Origin: Octopus sinensis
Lineage: Eukaryota
Assembly (NCBI RefSeq): GCF_006345805.1
Contig: NC_042999.1
Span: 165,788,001 to 165,852,000, forward strand
DNA length: 64,000 bases
Direction of reading: 5' to 3'
The translations under genes and the position numbers were made by a program. Shown piece after piece: positions 46,300 to 59,330 of the stretch. Below the pieces are notes generated by a model that worked only from the letters and a program-made list of their open reading frames with translations, was not told where the DNA came from and made no database searches. Position 1 is the first letter of the stretch. Every line of letters begins with the position of its first letter.

Positions 46300-47593
46300 C
46301 AGGGCCGGATCTACCACTAGGCGACCGCCTAGGGTGGCAATATCTATTGGGTGACAAAATCTGATGATGTCTTGGGAGGCACTTAGAGAGAGAAGGTTTA
46401 AGAAATTTATGATTATAGAGTGATAATTTTGTTGTTATAATAAAAAAATTCACTTATCAAATCGTCAGCAATTAGTAGGTAAAGTTTGATAAAGATTTCA
46501 GTAACACTTAGACTTCTGAAATCCTATGTTCCCTCTAAGGCTTTGGTATGTGTGCAGAATTTGAAGTAAAGCCAGTGTGCATTAAAAGAAAGAAACAACA
46601 ATTCTGATATGAAGGAGAAAATGAACCTATCCAGGGTAGTAAACAAAATGAATGTTTTATGTTGCAAAACTGGATACGTCAATTAATTCAGTTTCAAAAT
46701 GCTTTGAACAACTGAAACATAGAAATTCCATCTTTGGCTTTCTCTGGGATATAAAATCTTTGCAATGTAAAACTTCTCATCAAGTAATGGAATTTTACAT
46801 AAAATTTGAGTCTGCCCAACAGGTTGAAGAGTCAAAGGGTGTTGATACTAAAGATTTGGCTAATGAACTAAATGTCATATCAAGAAGACTTGAAAAATCC
46901 TCTGGGTCCTCTGAAAGTGCTTGAACTTCTTTCTGAGTAGCAACAAAGAGAAAGCTTTCCAAATTTGTACATCTCTCTCAGAAACCTGCTAACTCTACCA
47001 ATGAGTGCCACAAGTGGAGAGCGTAGCTTTTCAAAACTTAAATTAATAAAGGCATTTCTAAGAACTTCAATGGCCCGAGAGGGGCTCACTGGACTAGCTA
47101 TGCTTTCCATAGAACATGGAATTTGTAGAAAACTTCCACTCCAAGAGCTTGTAAAAGATTTTGCAAGACAGAAAGCTCGCAAAATTAGCTTTCAAATACC
47201 AAGATGAAAAAAACAACAGTATTTCAATATTTCAACAATCAATAATAAAGTGAAATCAAACCAAAGAAGGATACAAACAAGGGCTTGGTGAACTACTGTT
47301 TGTTTACCATATTTGCTCGTAGCCAATTAGTAAAATATTAAATTTTCAGTATATCATGTTTATTAGTTATATATTTTTTCATTAATTTTTAAGAAATGAA
47401 TTTTAAAATTTTCCTTTACAAGTGACTTCAAATTGCTCCTATGTTTATTCATATTTCTAAAATCTTTCTTGGGGAAATCCCCAGCTTGTTGGGCTCGCTT
47501 CACCCATGACCAGACCCCCCCCCCCCGTGGAGGGGAGTGGGGAGTTTAAAATTTGATTCGGCTGGGGTGTCAGTTACTCTCAGGCCAGCGCTG
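46300..47593 (+). mobile_element. Internally deleted hAT (Tip100/ZMYM1-like) element
   Basis: TIRs CAGGGCCGG / CCAGCGCTG; degenerate 8-bp TSD TATTAGCC / TATAAACC; dimerisation-domain remnant FPNLYISLRNLLTLPMSATSGERSFSKLKLIKAFLRTSM (46965-47207). Confidence 0.85.
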
Positions 47594-48921
47594 TATAAAC
47601 CATGAGTGAAAATAAAATTCCAATTAATCAAGCATTCACAGAAGGTATCACTTATAATGGCTTTTAATATATTAGTTATTAGCTATCCAAGACAGACATG
47701 GACAACTTTTTTGATAATCAAGTCACATGAGATCTTGCTTATCATCAAGCAGGTCACACTACTAAGAAAAAATCAGGATAGTTTTTTGTTAGGCATACCA
47801 TTCAGAACATCCTGTGGACTGCAGTGTTCCCATGACTGATCTAAACTTAGCCTCTTTGTTGTCTTGTATTCATGAATCCCTAACTTGTGACAAAACTGAT
47901 TGGTATTGTGGATTCCTTTAAACTGGACTCCTGAGGGTAGTGTATTTATTCCCTAGCCTGTTAGTATGAACACTGTTGAAGTTGACAGGAATCCTTATCA
48001 CTGGAAGATTCCTGAATACCTTTAAATAAACAAACGTAATTGGAATTTTAAATTGATGATAGCAGTTTTTGTCTGAAGATGAAGAAGAAGAGTGGCAAAC
48101 CCTTAACCATTTAGCATTTAAACCAGCCATATCAAGCCAAAATATTCTACCAGTTTTATGTTCAAGCTAGTCAGATCTGGTCTCGCACACCTGTTATGTA
48201 GGTTTTGGTCAGATGGGGGTCATGACAACAACTTTTGTCTTTGGGCTTTTGTTATTTATGGCAGTTACTTTGGCCTTCTTACAATTACTTGCAGCATTCT
48301 AGATGCAACCTTGTCACTTCTCCCTCTGGGTGGGGTGGGGGGTGAGGTAACTCAGCTCAATCAGAACAAAAGAGACAGGAGCTGCCCAGCAGTGTTTCAA
48401 AGACCAGATGAAATACAAGCTCAACCAGCTTTGTCAAAGATCAATTGAACACATCTCAGGAGAGTTGGAATGTGTCTCTTCTACTTTGTTACCTTTGTAC
48501 TTACAGGAAGTTATGGCTCTGGGACAGTCCTAAGTAATTGTGCATTGTGTCAATTGTCACATTTTAAACTCTGGGAATAGGGTTAGATGACGCTGGTCAG
48601 CTTAGATTGTGTGTTCTAAGAAGCAATATATTTCCTTTGTCACTTAAGATGTTGGATCTAATGTGTTTTCTGAATCCATGGCTGATGATTAGCAAACCAG
48701 TTGATTGTCCAAAAACTGATATTGATTAATCAGCAAAACGTCTGATTACTGATTAACTGCTGCTGATTAATCAGTACAATCTTAATGTGTGTGTTAGTGC
48801 TTGTGATATATGTATGTGTAGATAACATGTATGTATAAAAGTATGTGTGTATATGTTTGTGTATAAATGTGTGCATGTGTATATATGACTATATATGTGT
48901 GTATGTACATGCTTATACACA

Positions 48922-49100
48922 CACACACACAGGTAGGAGTGTGGCTGTGGTGAGAAGTTTACTTCTGAACTATATGGTTCTGATTTCAGTCCCACTGTGT
49001 GGCACCTTCAGCAAGTGTCTTCTACAGCCTCCGGCCAACCAAAGGTTTGTGAGTGGATCTGGTAAACCGATGGAAGAAGCCTCTCTCTCTCTCACACACA
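48922..49100 (+). mobile_element. SINE A 5' half
   Basis: Head motifs. Confidence 0.65.
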
Positions 49101-49604
49101 CACATGCTCGCACACACTTGCATGCACATGCACACACAGATATATGTATGTGTGAGATGTGTATGTATGTCTATATGCAAGTATTTGTATGTGTATCGAT
49201 AACGGTGATAATTTACTGAAAGCAATTAATTTGCTCGATTGCTTCTCTTCCCTGGACAGGAACTGATAGGCTTTTGCTTGTTGTTCAATCAGTCTGCCCC
49301 TTGTTTTCTGTGAGCAAAAGAGGGGGAGAGAGTTTTATCTTCCCTGTTGTTGAAACAAATGCTGCCTCCAGTTGTTCAATAAAATATCAATAAAACTACT
49401 GGCTTTCCTGCAGTGTCTACTCGGAAATGTAAAATAGGATGTCAGAAAATTATAGGATGCCCATGATTTTCGTTTTATTTTACAGCTATTTTTTCTAATC
49501 GCTCCGTATCCTTTTCACCTTTATTAAGTGAAGACTGCGTTTTTATTTATGTAAAGTAGTTGGTATAAAAGAGCTGCTCAAGACATTGGTTTTCTGCTTT
49601 ATAA

Positions 49605-49965
49605 GCTGGCTGTGCAGTAAGAAGTTTTCTTCACAATGACATGATTCAGTCCCACTGGGTGGCACCTTGGGCAAGTGTCTTCTATAGCCTCAGATCAACC
49701 AAGCCCTTGTTAGTGGATTTGATAGATGATAACCAAAAGAAGCTTGTCATGTGTGTGTGTGTCTTTATATCTGTGTTTGTCCACCACCACTGCTTGACAG
49801 CTGGTGTTGGTGTGTTTACATCCCCATAACAAACAGCTCAGCAAAAGAGACCGATATGCACCAGGCTTTAAAAAAGTTAAGAACTGGGGTCAATTCACTC
49901 AACAAAAATTCTTCAAGGTGGTGCCCCAGCATGGCCACAGTCTAATAGCTGAAACAAGTAAAAGA
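49605..49965 (+). mobile_element. SINE A, older copy
   Basis: Diverged head, body and tail. Confidence 0.7.
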
Positions 49966-51439
49966 TAACATAGAAATTAGTCAAGTAAGCCCTGTTGTTA
50001 CCATCATCAAACTATTGTAAATATATGAGTCAATGGTAGCCTTTTTAGAGTAATTGTGTGTGTGTGTATATGTTTGTATATATAAAGCCTTGGCCAAAAG
50101 TATTAGGTCGCCCTAATGTTTTTGAGTTCTGCTATCTCAATGTTAATGAAACTCATATGCACAGAAATTATACATGTAATACATGTGGCTTATGGTTAGG
50201 GTGTTGCACTCATAATTGTTAGAGAGTGGGCTTGATTCCTGGCCTGGGTGGCACATCCTAAGTCTAGCCAAAGTTCCAGTAATCTACTTAATGGTGGCAT
50301 TAAGTCGTGGAGAAGGTTCACATGCACCGGACCTGCCTAAGGGTAGACCACCACTAGGTACACATGAATATCATAATAGCCACTGCAGGGATCCTAATTT
50401 TCTCAGTGCAAATGTTTGAGAAGTTTTATCAGACTCAGTGCTGTTCAGTTTGAGACATCATAGTTCAGAGTTGAACCCCTGCTTATGTAGAAAGGCTAAG
50501 TTGCAACACTTAGGGGTAAACAAGAGAATGTTGATTTTCTGAATTCTTTATGAGACTATGATTGAGTATATTTCTGCTCAATATATACATCACTTCATTT
50601 TAATGTCCACTTTTCCATTCTTGTGTGGGTCAGACAGTTTGGTGAGGCAGATTTTTTTATGGCCAGATGCCCTTCTTGTTATCAACCTTTACCTGTTTCC
50701 AAGCGAACTAATATGTTCTCACGACCATGTGTGGAAGACTGGGAATGAAGGATGTTGATTGTATGGTGATGATGACACTCATTTACAACTCACATGATGT
50801 CAAAGCAAGGATACCATAACACACACGCATGTGCACACACACACACACACAGAGGCTTTTTTCAGTTTCTGTTTACCTAATTCACTCATGAGGCTTTGGT
50901 TGGCCTGCTGCTATAATAGAAGACACTTTTCCAGTGTGCCACTCAGTGTGACTGAACCTGAAACCTTGTGATTGTGAGGCAACCTCACAGCCAAACCTGC
51001 CACTATTGTTGATTAATACCAAAGTGGTCTTAGTCTGGCAGACTTATTAGTAAAAGCATTCTAGCTATGACATGCTGATTTTTTTTATTCAAAGATGGTA
51101 TAGTTTAGACTGTCATCTAATGTGTCTATAATTATAATTAATGAGGGTTAATTTGATTGCTGGTCTTTCTTGGCTCCCCCCCCCTCTCGTTCACTCTATA
51201 TATATATATATATATAAAAGGTAGTGAATATTCTTAGAAATATCACCACCAGTGGCCTAGCATGTATGAATAGTCAATAGACAACATATTTTCAATATAA
51301 AATAGTGTACATTAAACACAAGAGAAAACTACCCTTTAACAGGTAATTTTTACACGCTAGAAGAAACAGTCAAAACAACCAAAACCACATTTATTAGCAA
51401 TTTTTGAAGGAAATGAAAAATAAAAGCTATATATATATG

Positions 51440-51471
<32 letters not shown>

Positions 51472-52393
51472 TATAATAAAGTAAACCTATATATAAGACC
51501 ATCAAACATGGCAAATTTAACTGTTTCCTTATATGTTGAAAAAAATTAATAAACAGCATTGATCAATTCTAGATCCTTGGGGTTTCATTAGGTGTGTGTT
51601 CATCACTTAATTAAGTAACCAATCTGTTTATATACACAATGAATCCAGTAGCTTCAGAGAAGTGGAACTGCTAATTTGCATACCATAAGTGTTTAACACT
51701 TTATTTAATATTGGTGGCCAGTTATCAGAGGACTGAGATGTGTGGTGCATTGCTGTAATCAAGAAGACCTGCCCACCACAACAGAATTGAAATCCTAAAA
51801 CTAAGGTGCCATGTAAAAAGCACTGGTGATGGTGCCACACAAAAAGCAGCCAGTATACTCTGTGGTTGGCATTAGGAAGGGCTTGTAGCTGTAGAAATCA
51901 AGCCAAAACAGGTTACAGAAGCTGGTTTGGCCCTTGGCCTTGCCAGTTCCTGTCAAGCTGTCCAACCCATGCCAGCAGGGAAAACATGTTGAATGTTTAT
52001 ATATATATATATGATTGACTTGCAGCTTGCAGCATTCTGTTCCTAAGTGTTTCATGTCCTGATCCTTTGACATTCTTCAGCAGTTTCTCTATGACATTTT
52101 GTTTCCTCCCAGTTCATCTTCCTTAGGTGTTTATACATTGGCATATGCCTTTAACATTAAAAAGAAATATGTTAGCTGACAGAAATTATTAAATATAGCT
52201 GTCAGCCCTTCAAGTATATACATATACGTACATGCATAAACAATTTATCTGTCATAGACTAAATAAACAAAGTAAGCTTAGGAGAGTAATTTAATGCTTA
52301 CATGTCCTTTGCTTGGCATCGAACTCAATCTATGCACGAACACACACTGACAAATTTGCAATGATACAAACTCTCAGACCTCTGGACCTGAAA

Positions 52394-52447
<54 letters not shown>

Positions 52448-52475
52448 ACACACTTACATAAATGGGCAGAATTCT

Positions 52476-53402
52476 GGTTTAACCACCCCATATAACCTCT
52501 CATAATTTTTTTATTTTGGGAATTTTCAGAAAACTTTTGTGAATTTGTGTTCTACACAAGAGAATTCATACGATTATGAAAAAGAGAACTTTTGAAACAA
52601 TTTTTTAACCCCCTCCCCACCTCATAAATCCTAAGAGTTCTACTCATTTTTGAATTTCTGTTTTTAAATCAGTTTAAAATAAAGACAGTTCAAATTTTTT
52701 ACTTAAATCCAAGCAACGGATCATCTTTGGGTGCCTCATCATTCCATTATGAGGAGAAAAATATGAAAACATCAATATCTCAGAGTGACAAAGAAACGAA
52801 GACTGTGTAGGTGGTCATGAGATGTGCTAAAAACAATAGTTAAATCACCCTTAATTCACACACACACAAACTTTTTGTGTAATTGAAGGTGCAGGAGTGG
52901 CTGTGTGGTAAGTAGCTTGCTAACCAACCACATGGTTCCGGGTTCAGTCCCACTGCGTGGCATCTTGGACAAGTGTCTTCTGCTATAGCCCCGGGCTGAC
53001 CAATGCCTTGTGAGTGGATTTGGTAGATGGAAACTGAAAGAAGCCTGTCGTATATATGTATATATATATATATGTGTTTGTGTGTCTGTGTTTGTCCCCC
53101 TAGCATTGCTTGACAACCGATGCTGGTGTGTTTACGTCCCCGTCACTTAGCGGTTTGGCAAAAGAGACCGATAGAATAAGTACTGGGCTTACAAAGAATA
53201 AGTCCCGGGGTCGATTTGCTCGACTAAAGGTGGTGCTCCAGCATGGCCGCAGTCAAATTACTGAAACAAGTAAAAGAGAGTAAAGAGTAATTCTAGTTTG
53301 TAGAACACAAATTTGCAAAAATTTTCTCAAAATTTCAAAAAATAAAATGGTTATGAAAATTCAAGAAAAAAAAAAATGAAAATGTTATTGAGTGCTTAAA
53401 CC
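52476..53402. mobile_element. Degraded MITE with imperfect TIRs, carrying a SINE A insertion
   Basis: GGTTTAACCAC..GAATTTGTGTTCTACA on the left pairs with TGTAGAACACAAATTTGC..GTGCTTAAACC on the right. Confidence 0.4.
52878..53290 (+). mobile_element. SINE A, full length
   Basis: Complete copy. Confidence 0.9.
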
Positions 53403-53789
53403 ATAATTTCAACCACAAATATATATAAATCCCTACCCATCAATTTCCAAGCCCCATCCTTGTCAAAGCTCCAGAATTCACAGTGACGTAGTATTGATAA
53501 TGGTTGCATTAATATAATCATGGATACCAGGAAGCCTTTGCATTTCAGTAGGAAATCTGCATAGGTCAAGAATACTAAGGACTCGCTTGGTGTCACTGTA
53601 TCCTGCTTTGACTGAGAAGCAGTCTGCATTATGGTGAGATTAGCCTTGGAAAGTTTAATTCTTAATTTAACACATTAGACATGGACTTGTACCATGATGA
53701 CAGTCTAACATAATTGACACAGCCGAGATGAAATAATCATTCCCTTTGAGAAACTGGGGCTTAATGCCACTGTTATTACTGATATTATA

Positions 53790-54003
53790 ATAATAATAAT
53801 TCTTTCTACTGAAGATACGAGGCCTGAAATTTTGAGGGAGAGAGTAAGTTGATTACATTGACCCCAGTATTCAACTGGTACTTAATTTATTGACCCTGAA
53901 AGAATGTAGGCAAAGTTGACCTCAGTGGAATTTGTACTCAGAACATAATGATGGATGAAATAGCATTAAGCATTTTGCATTAAGCATTCTGCCAGCTTGC
54001 CAC
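53790..54003 (-). mobile_element. SINE B
   Basis: Homologous to 2071; (AAT)n on both sides. Confidence 0.75.
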
Positions 54004-54039
54004 CTGAATAGTAATAATAATAATGATTTCAATCTTTTT

Positions 54040-54645
54040 ACACATGCCACCGGCACAGGTGCAAGTAAGGCGACGCTCGTATGGTGCCCTTTTACGTGCC
54101 ACCGGCATGGAAGCCAGTTAGCCGCTCTGGCAACGATCATGCTTGGATGGTGCTCTCTGGCAACGATCACACTCAGATGGTGCTCTTGGCACCCTACTAG
54201 CATGGGCACAAGTGCCAGTAAGGCGACGCTGGTAACAATCACACTCGAATGGTGCCTTTTATGTGCCACTGGCACGGAAGCCAGTTAACCGCTCTGTCAA
54301 CAATCACACTCGTATGGTGCTCTTTGCACCCTGCTAGTCATCGATTTTGATTTTGATTTCACTTGCCTCAACAGGTGTTCGCAAGTAGAGTTTAGTGTTC
54401 AAAGAAGGAAAAGGTACGCATAAGTGGGCTGGTTACACTTCTGGCATAGGCCACAGGTTATGGTCTCATTTGGCTTGCCGGGTCTTCTCAAGCACAGCAT
54501 ATTTCCAAAGGTCTCGGTCACTAGTCATTTCCTTGGTGAGGCCTAAAGTTCGAAGGTCGTACTTCACCACTTCATCCCAGGTCTTCCTGGGTCTACCTCT
54601 TCCACAGGTTCCCTCAACCGCTGGGGTGTGGCACTTTTTCAAACA
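54040..54645 (-). mobile_element. RTE fragment (ORF end plus UTR repeats, no terminal tail)
   Basis: Reverse complement of EGTCGRGRPRKTWDEVV..LWKYAV and UTR units. Confidence 0.85.
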
Positions 54646-54689
54646 ATAATAATAATAGACTTAGTATTACCTTGTTCATCACATATTAA

Positions 54690-55140
54690 TACAAACATAC
54701 AGAAAATGAAAGGAAGATCTTATTGCTGTTGGCAAAACTTCCAACCAACTTAAACACTTTTTAGAACTTTATCACCAGCATTGATAGAGGAATCTCCAGC
54801 ATGTCCTCAGACAAAGGAACAGTCAGTGGAGTGACAAACTACCACATTAAAGTGCTGGAGAATGGTTGGTTTAAGGAAAAAGTTTTCTCGCAAATCCTGA
54901 ACTATCCCCAGCTAATGAAGCCAAAAATCATCACTATAATGTAATCTTACTTAATCCTTTATGTAACCTCAATGTGAATTCTGATATTGCCAAGAGCTTC
55001 TTGAATCTGATCTGGAAATAATTTCTCACTGAACACAAATATTCTAAACTATTTAACAAGCAAAGCTTATAGTTATAATTACATGAATATGCAGAACATC
55101 ATTACAGTTCACAACTACCCAAAGCCACATAAATAAGCCC
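54690..55140 (+). pseudogene. Degraded Penelope-like ORF fragment
   Basis: NPLCNLNVNSDIAKSFLNLI..HKYSKLFNK resembles the Penelope NPPF.NV.TNIG..FL.LI..HF...KLFN motif. Confidence 0.6.
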
Positions 55141-55252
55141 AACAACCTGAACTGTGAACAGTTATTTGAATAACTTTGCTAATCTTGATATCAGGAGATA
55201 AGAGCAACTGCCAAGATAAAGAGTTTTGTCCTTTAAAGCTCTGTATCTTGGA

Positions 55253-55630
55253 TTGGATGGAAGCACTCCGTCGGTTACGACGACGAGGGTTCCGGTTGAT
55301 CCGAATCAACGGAACAGCCTGCTCGTGAAATTAACGTGTAACTTTGCAGACACGTGTACCCTTAATGTAGTTCTCGGGGATATTCAGCGTGACACAGAGA
55401 GTGACAAGGCCGGCCCCTTGAAATACAGGTACAACAGAAACAGGAAGTAAGAGTGAGAGAAAGTTGTGGTGAAAGAGTACAGCAGGGATCACCACCATCC
55501 CTGCCGGAGCCTCGTGGAGCTTTTAGGTGTTTTCGCTCAATAAACACTCACAACGCCCGGTCTGGGAATCGAAACCGCGATGCTATGACCGCGAGTCCGC
55601 TGCCCTAACCACTGGGCCATTGCGCCTCCA
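55253..55630 (-). mobile_element. SINE C, full length, with a 14-bp TSD
   Basis: TSD CTCTGTATCTTGGA at 55239-55252 and 55631-55644; A and B boxes. Confidence 0.92.
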
Positions 55631-55744
55631 CTCTGTATCTTGGACAATTTATGCAAAGTTATGCAATTTTCAATGCTAGTGTCAGTCCCAGATGACACAA
55701 ACCCTTAGAATATATATTGGAATATATGAGGGTAACTTCAAGAG

Positions 55745-55990
55745 TTAGGTCACTCTCAAGTGCTACTGGTTAGTGACCAAGTACAACCTGTCACATAGTC
55801 AAGTTGTCAGTGACTAAACCAGCAACTCCATCAAAATTACTTGGTGAGGAGAGTGATTTAGACACCCTACAGGATGAAAACCGAAACTCATCAACGGGCG
55901 GAGGAACTTGTAGTGTCAATGGCCATCTAATAGTGTGTGTACAGAGGAGTTAAAATCACCAAGCCATGGTCACAACAAAATCATGGGGTA
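55745..55990 (+). mobile_element. Degraded 5' part of the 38114-38668 element family
   Basis: TAGGTCACT..GTACAACCTGT..CATAGTCAAGTTGTCAGTGACTAAACC..CTTGGTGAGGAG..GACACCCT..GGATGAAAA. Confidence 0.65.
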
Positions 55991-56741
55991 ACAGCATGGT
56001 GGATGTGAATTTGGACATATGAATCTTCACTTGGCAAAATCACAAACACAGTGTGGGTGGAAGAGCCTCTCCAGCCAATGGTCAGTCTAGGGTCAACCCA
56101 TCCAGTTCGCAGATTACTGCCAGTTACCAGAACTGGCAATTATTCATCAACTCACTTTAGCTATTTTAAGACACAGTGGAGTTCTGGAGCCTCATAGTTT
56201 TACCAATTGTAGTAGTAGTAGTAGTAGTAGTCGTCAAGAGTTGTTGTTTAAACTATAAGTTCACCTTTCAACAGTCATAGCATTAGTAACCGTAATGTCA
56301 TCTGATCTATATAACACTTCAACAATAAGTACATCCCCATTGCTCAAATTTGTGTGACCCATCCAACAATAAAACGTACTTCATCTCCATCAAATCAACT
56401 GACCTCCCTTAAACACAAGATCAAAGTTAATTTCTGAGTGCTGCCATGAAAATACATTTATCCTCTCAAATCTCTGCAGAACTAGAACCAGGAAACAAAT
56501 ACTGAAAGATTAAAAAAAAAAAAAACAACCCCAAAACAACCCAGTAAAACATAAAAAAAACTAGTGTGAACATGTGAGTGTATAGATGTGTGTTATGAGT
56601 GTTTGTATGCTGCTATGTCTATGTGTGCATCTTTGTGTGTATATGTATATCTATCTTTCTATATACACACACATACATACCCACATATATTTGCACATAG
56701 GTTTGCATATGTTTCTGTTTATCTGTGTGTGTGTGTATATA

Positions 56742-57150
56742 TACTCTTACTCTTTACTCTTTTACTTGTTTCAGTCATTTGGCTGCGGCCATGCTGGAGC
56801 ACCGCCTTTAGTCGAGCAAATCGACCCCGGGACTTATTCTTTGTAAGCCCAGTACTTATTCTATCAGTCTCTTTTGCCGAACCGCTAAGTAACGGGGACG
56901 TAGACACACCAGCATCGGTTGTCAAGCAATGCTAGGGGGACAAACACAGGCACACAAACATATACACACACACTTATATGTATATACATATATACGACAG
57001 GCTTCTTTCAGTTTCCGTCTACCAAATCCACTCACAAGGCATTGGTCGGTCCGGGGCTATAGCAGAAGACACTTGCCCAAGATGTCACGCAGTGGGACTG
57101 AACCCGGAACCATGTGGTTGGTTAGCAAGCTACTTACCACACAGCCATAC
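56742..57150 (-). mobile_element. SINE A, full length
   Basis: Complete reverse-complement copy. Confidence 0.9.
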
Positions 57151-57176
57151 CACACAGCTATATATATATATATATA

Positions 57177-57412
57177 ACGTAAAAAGCACCATCCGTTCGT
57201 GGCCGTTGCCAGCCTCGCCTGGCCCCTGTGCGGGTGGCACGTAAAAAGCACCCACTACACTCACGGAGTGGTTGGCGTTAGGAAGGGCATCCAGCCGTAG
57301 AAACACTGCCAGATCAGACTGGGCCTGAAGCAGCCTTCTGGCTTCACAGACCCCAGTTGAACCGTCCAACCCATGCTAGCATGGAAAGCGGACGTTAAAT
57401 GATGATGATGAT
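57177..57412 (+). mobile_element. RTE 3'-UTR-only insertion
   Basis: LINE tail; (TA)n upstream. Confidence 0.88.
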
Positions 57413-57624
57413 AAAGAATATATGTACATGTATATAATTATATTGACTTACATATATAGTTATGTATATATAACCTCAGATTATGTGTCTACACAGTTAT
57501 AAATGTGTTTATAACCAGGTTATATTTCGTACTTGCCCATAGCTAACTTTTTTTTTAAACAAGTGTATATGACTTCTTGTTATCCATATACAGATGCAGG
57601 CATATGGGTCTATGTGTGTGCGTG

Positions 57625-57660
<36 letters not shown>

Positions 57661-57929
57661 TTCATGTGTACATTTGTTGTATGTAAACATAAGTGATAAA
57701 CCAGAAGCCAATTGAATTGCTGTCTTGTAGTCACAACTAATCAGAAATGCCATTTCATTCTAACAGAAACAGCCTATCACTTGGCAGTTAGCATCTCAGC
57801 ATCTCAGAATAGGTACACCATATCAATGTGTTGTAGGAGGCTACTTAAAGGGATGAAGTCAGGAAGGGCATCTCCTCATAAAACATACTCCTTGACCAAC
57901 TCATGTCATCCTGGAGGAGTGGTTGTAAA

Positions 57930-58118
57930 ATATTGGTTTCAAATTTCGGGGTGGGGCGTAAGTCGATTACATGAACCCCAGTGTTCAACTGCTACTTATT
58001 TTACTGACTCCAAAAGGATGAAAGGTGAAGTCTTTCAGAATTTGGACTCAGAATGTAAAGCCAGGAGGCTAAGCACGCCCCCCCCCTGGGGGGCATGTTA
58101 ATGATTCTGCCAGCTTGC
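57930..58118 (-). mobile_element. SINE B, degraded
   Basis: Core motif in reverse complement. Confidence 0.65.
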
Positions 58119-58859
58119 TGCCCTGTGGAGGTAAAATATTGATGATAGTGAATGTCATGATAGTCTGGGTAACAATATGTTGTAAGCTGCAATTGTAACT
58201 CTTCATATCAAACATTTAGTCTACCAAAGGTCTTGAGTCCTTTCAGTTTTAAGTTTTACTGTACACATTGGTATCTTATGAACACACCACAACTTGTATG
58301 TGTGTTTTGTAATTTATATGTAGAAACAAGAGATTTATTTGTATTTACACAAATAACTATATGGATTTAAACAAATACTCTTTCTCTCTCACACACACAC
58401 ACATTTGCATGTGTGTGTGTGTGTGTGCATATATATAACTGCAAAGTTAATGTCTCTCCATTTTCAGAGATGCATACAAAAAGTGAATGGAAGATGTAAG
58501 AGGAGATTAAATGGATATCACATCTAAAAAATAAGTAAGTAAATTTGATGTTGTTATTGGAGTCAAGGTCATTGAAGTGGTTGCAATTGATAAATGGAAA
58601 GATTAATAAAGCAGAAGTTTCAATTAAAGCTGTAAGAATTGAGAGAGTGACTGTGTGGGAGGCTGCCACGGTTGTTGTATCTACTACTACCTACTTTGCT
58701 TTACAGTGAAACAGGGTCATGAAATTTATTGTTGTCTCACACAAATGAGATGATCATGTGACATTACTTGATGCTTCAAAATGCAGCTACTATTTAGATG
58801 ATGATCATCATCATCATCATCCTCATCATCATATATGAGTTGAATAGGCCTCCCCCCCC

Positions 58860-59330
58860 CAGCACAGCATCTTACCTATTGTTGTCTTTTGTCATCTCTT
58901 TTGTGAGGCTCAGCTTTAAAAGCATTTCTCTTAAGTCTTCTTTCATTTCTCTCTTTCACAGATTCTTTCCATTTGGATGGCTTGCCCCCCCCCCCCCCCT
59001 TTATCCATCTGTCACCCTTCGTATACACATGTCCATAGTAAAACTCATTCTCCTTCTTGCATGTTACAGCTGATTCATATTATACACAGTTTTTTTCTCT
59101 CAGATCATTTTTTTCCTTGGTGATTTTGTGCTCACCTCATTTCTTTCCCGTCTTCACTCAACTGTATCCAAGGCCCATGACTCATTATCATGCAATATTA
59201 CACTTCATATAACGGCATTGTACATTCTACAAGTGAATCCCTATATTACCAGTAGAGGTGACAGCTTCTTGAAGTTTTTCTACTGCTTTCTTACTCTTAC
59301 TACTTTACTTTTGGAACTCCCACTTTCCCC
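58860..59330 (-). mobile_element. Highly degraded RTE 3' fragment
   Basis: Minus-strand remnants resembling YNAV...LHD.ESW and GKPSKWKE. Confidence 0.45.

Noticed and set aside
48158-48530. Transmembrane-like ORF / host exon
   Set aside because: The adjacent frame resembles a decayed LINE C terminus (CFKDQMKYKL); no coherent exon chain.
58468-58534. Exon with TTTTCAG acceptor and GTAAGT donor
   Set aside because: Stops in all three frames; unsupported.
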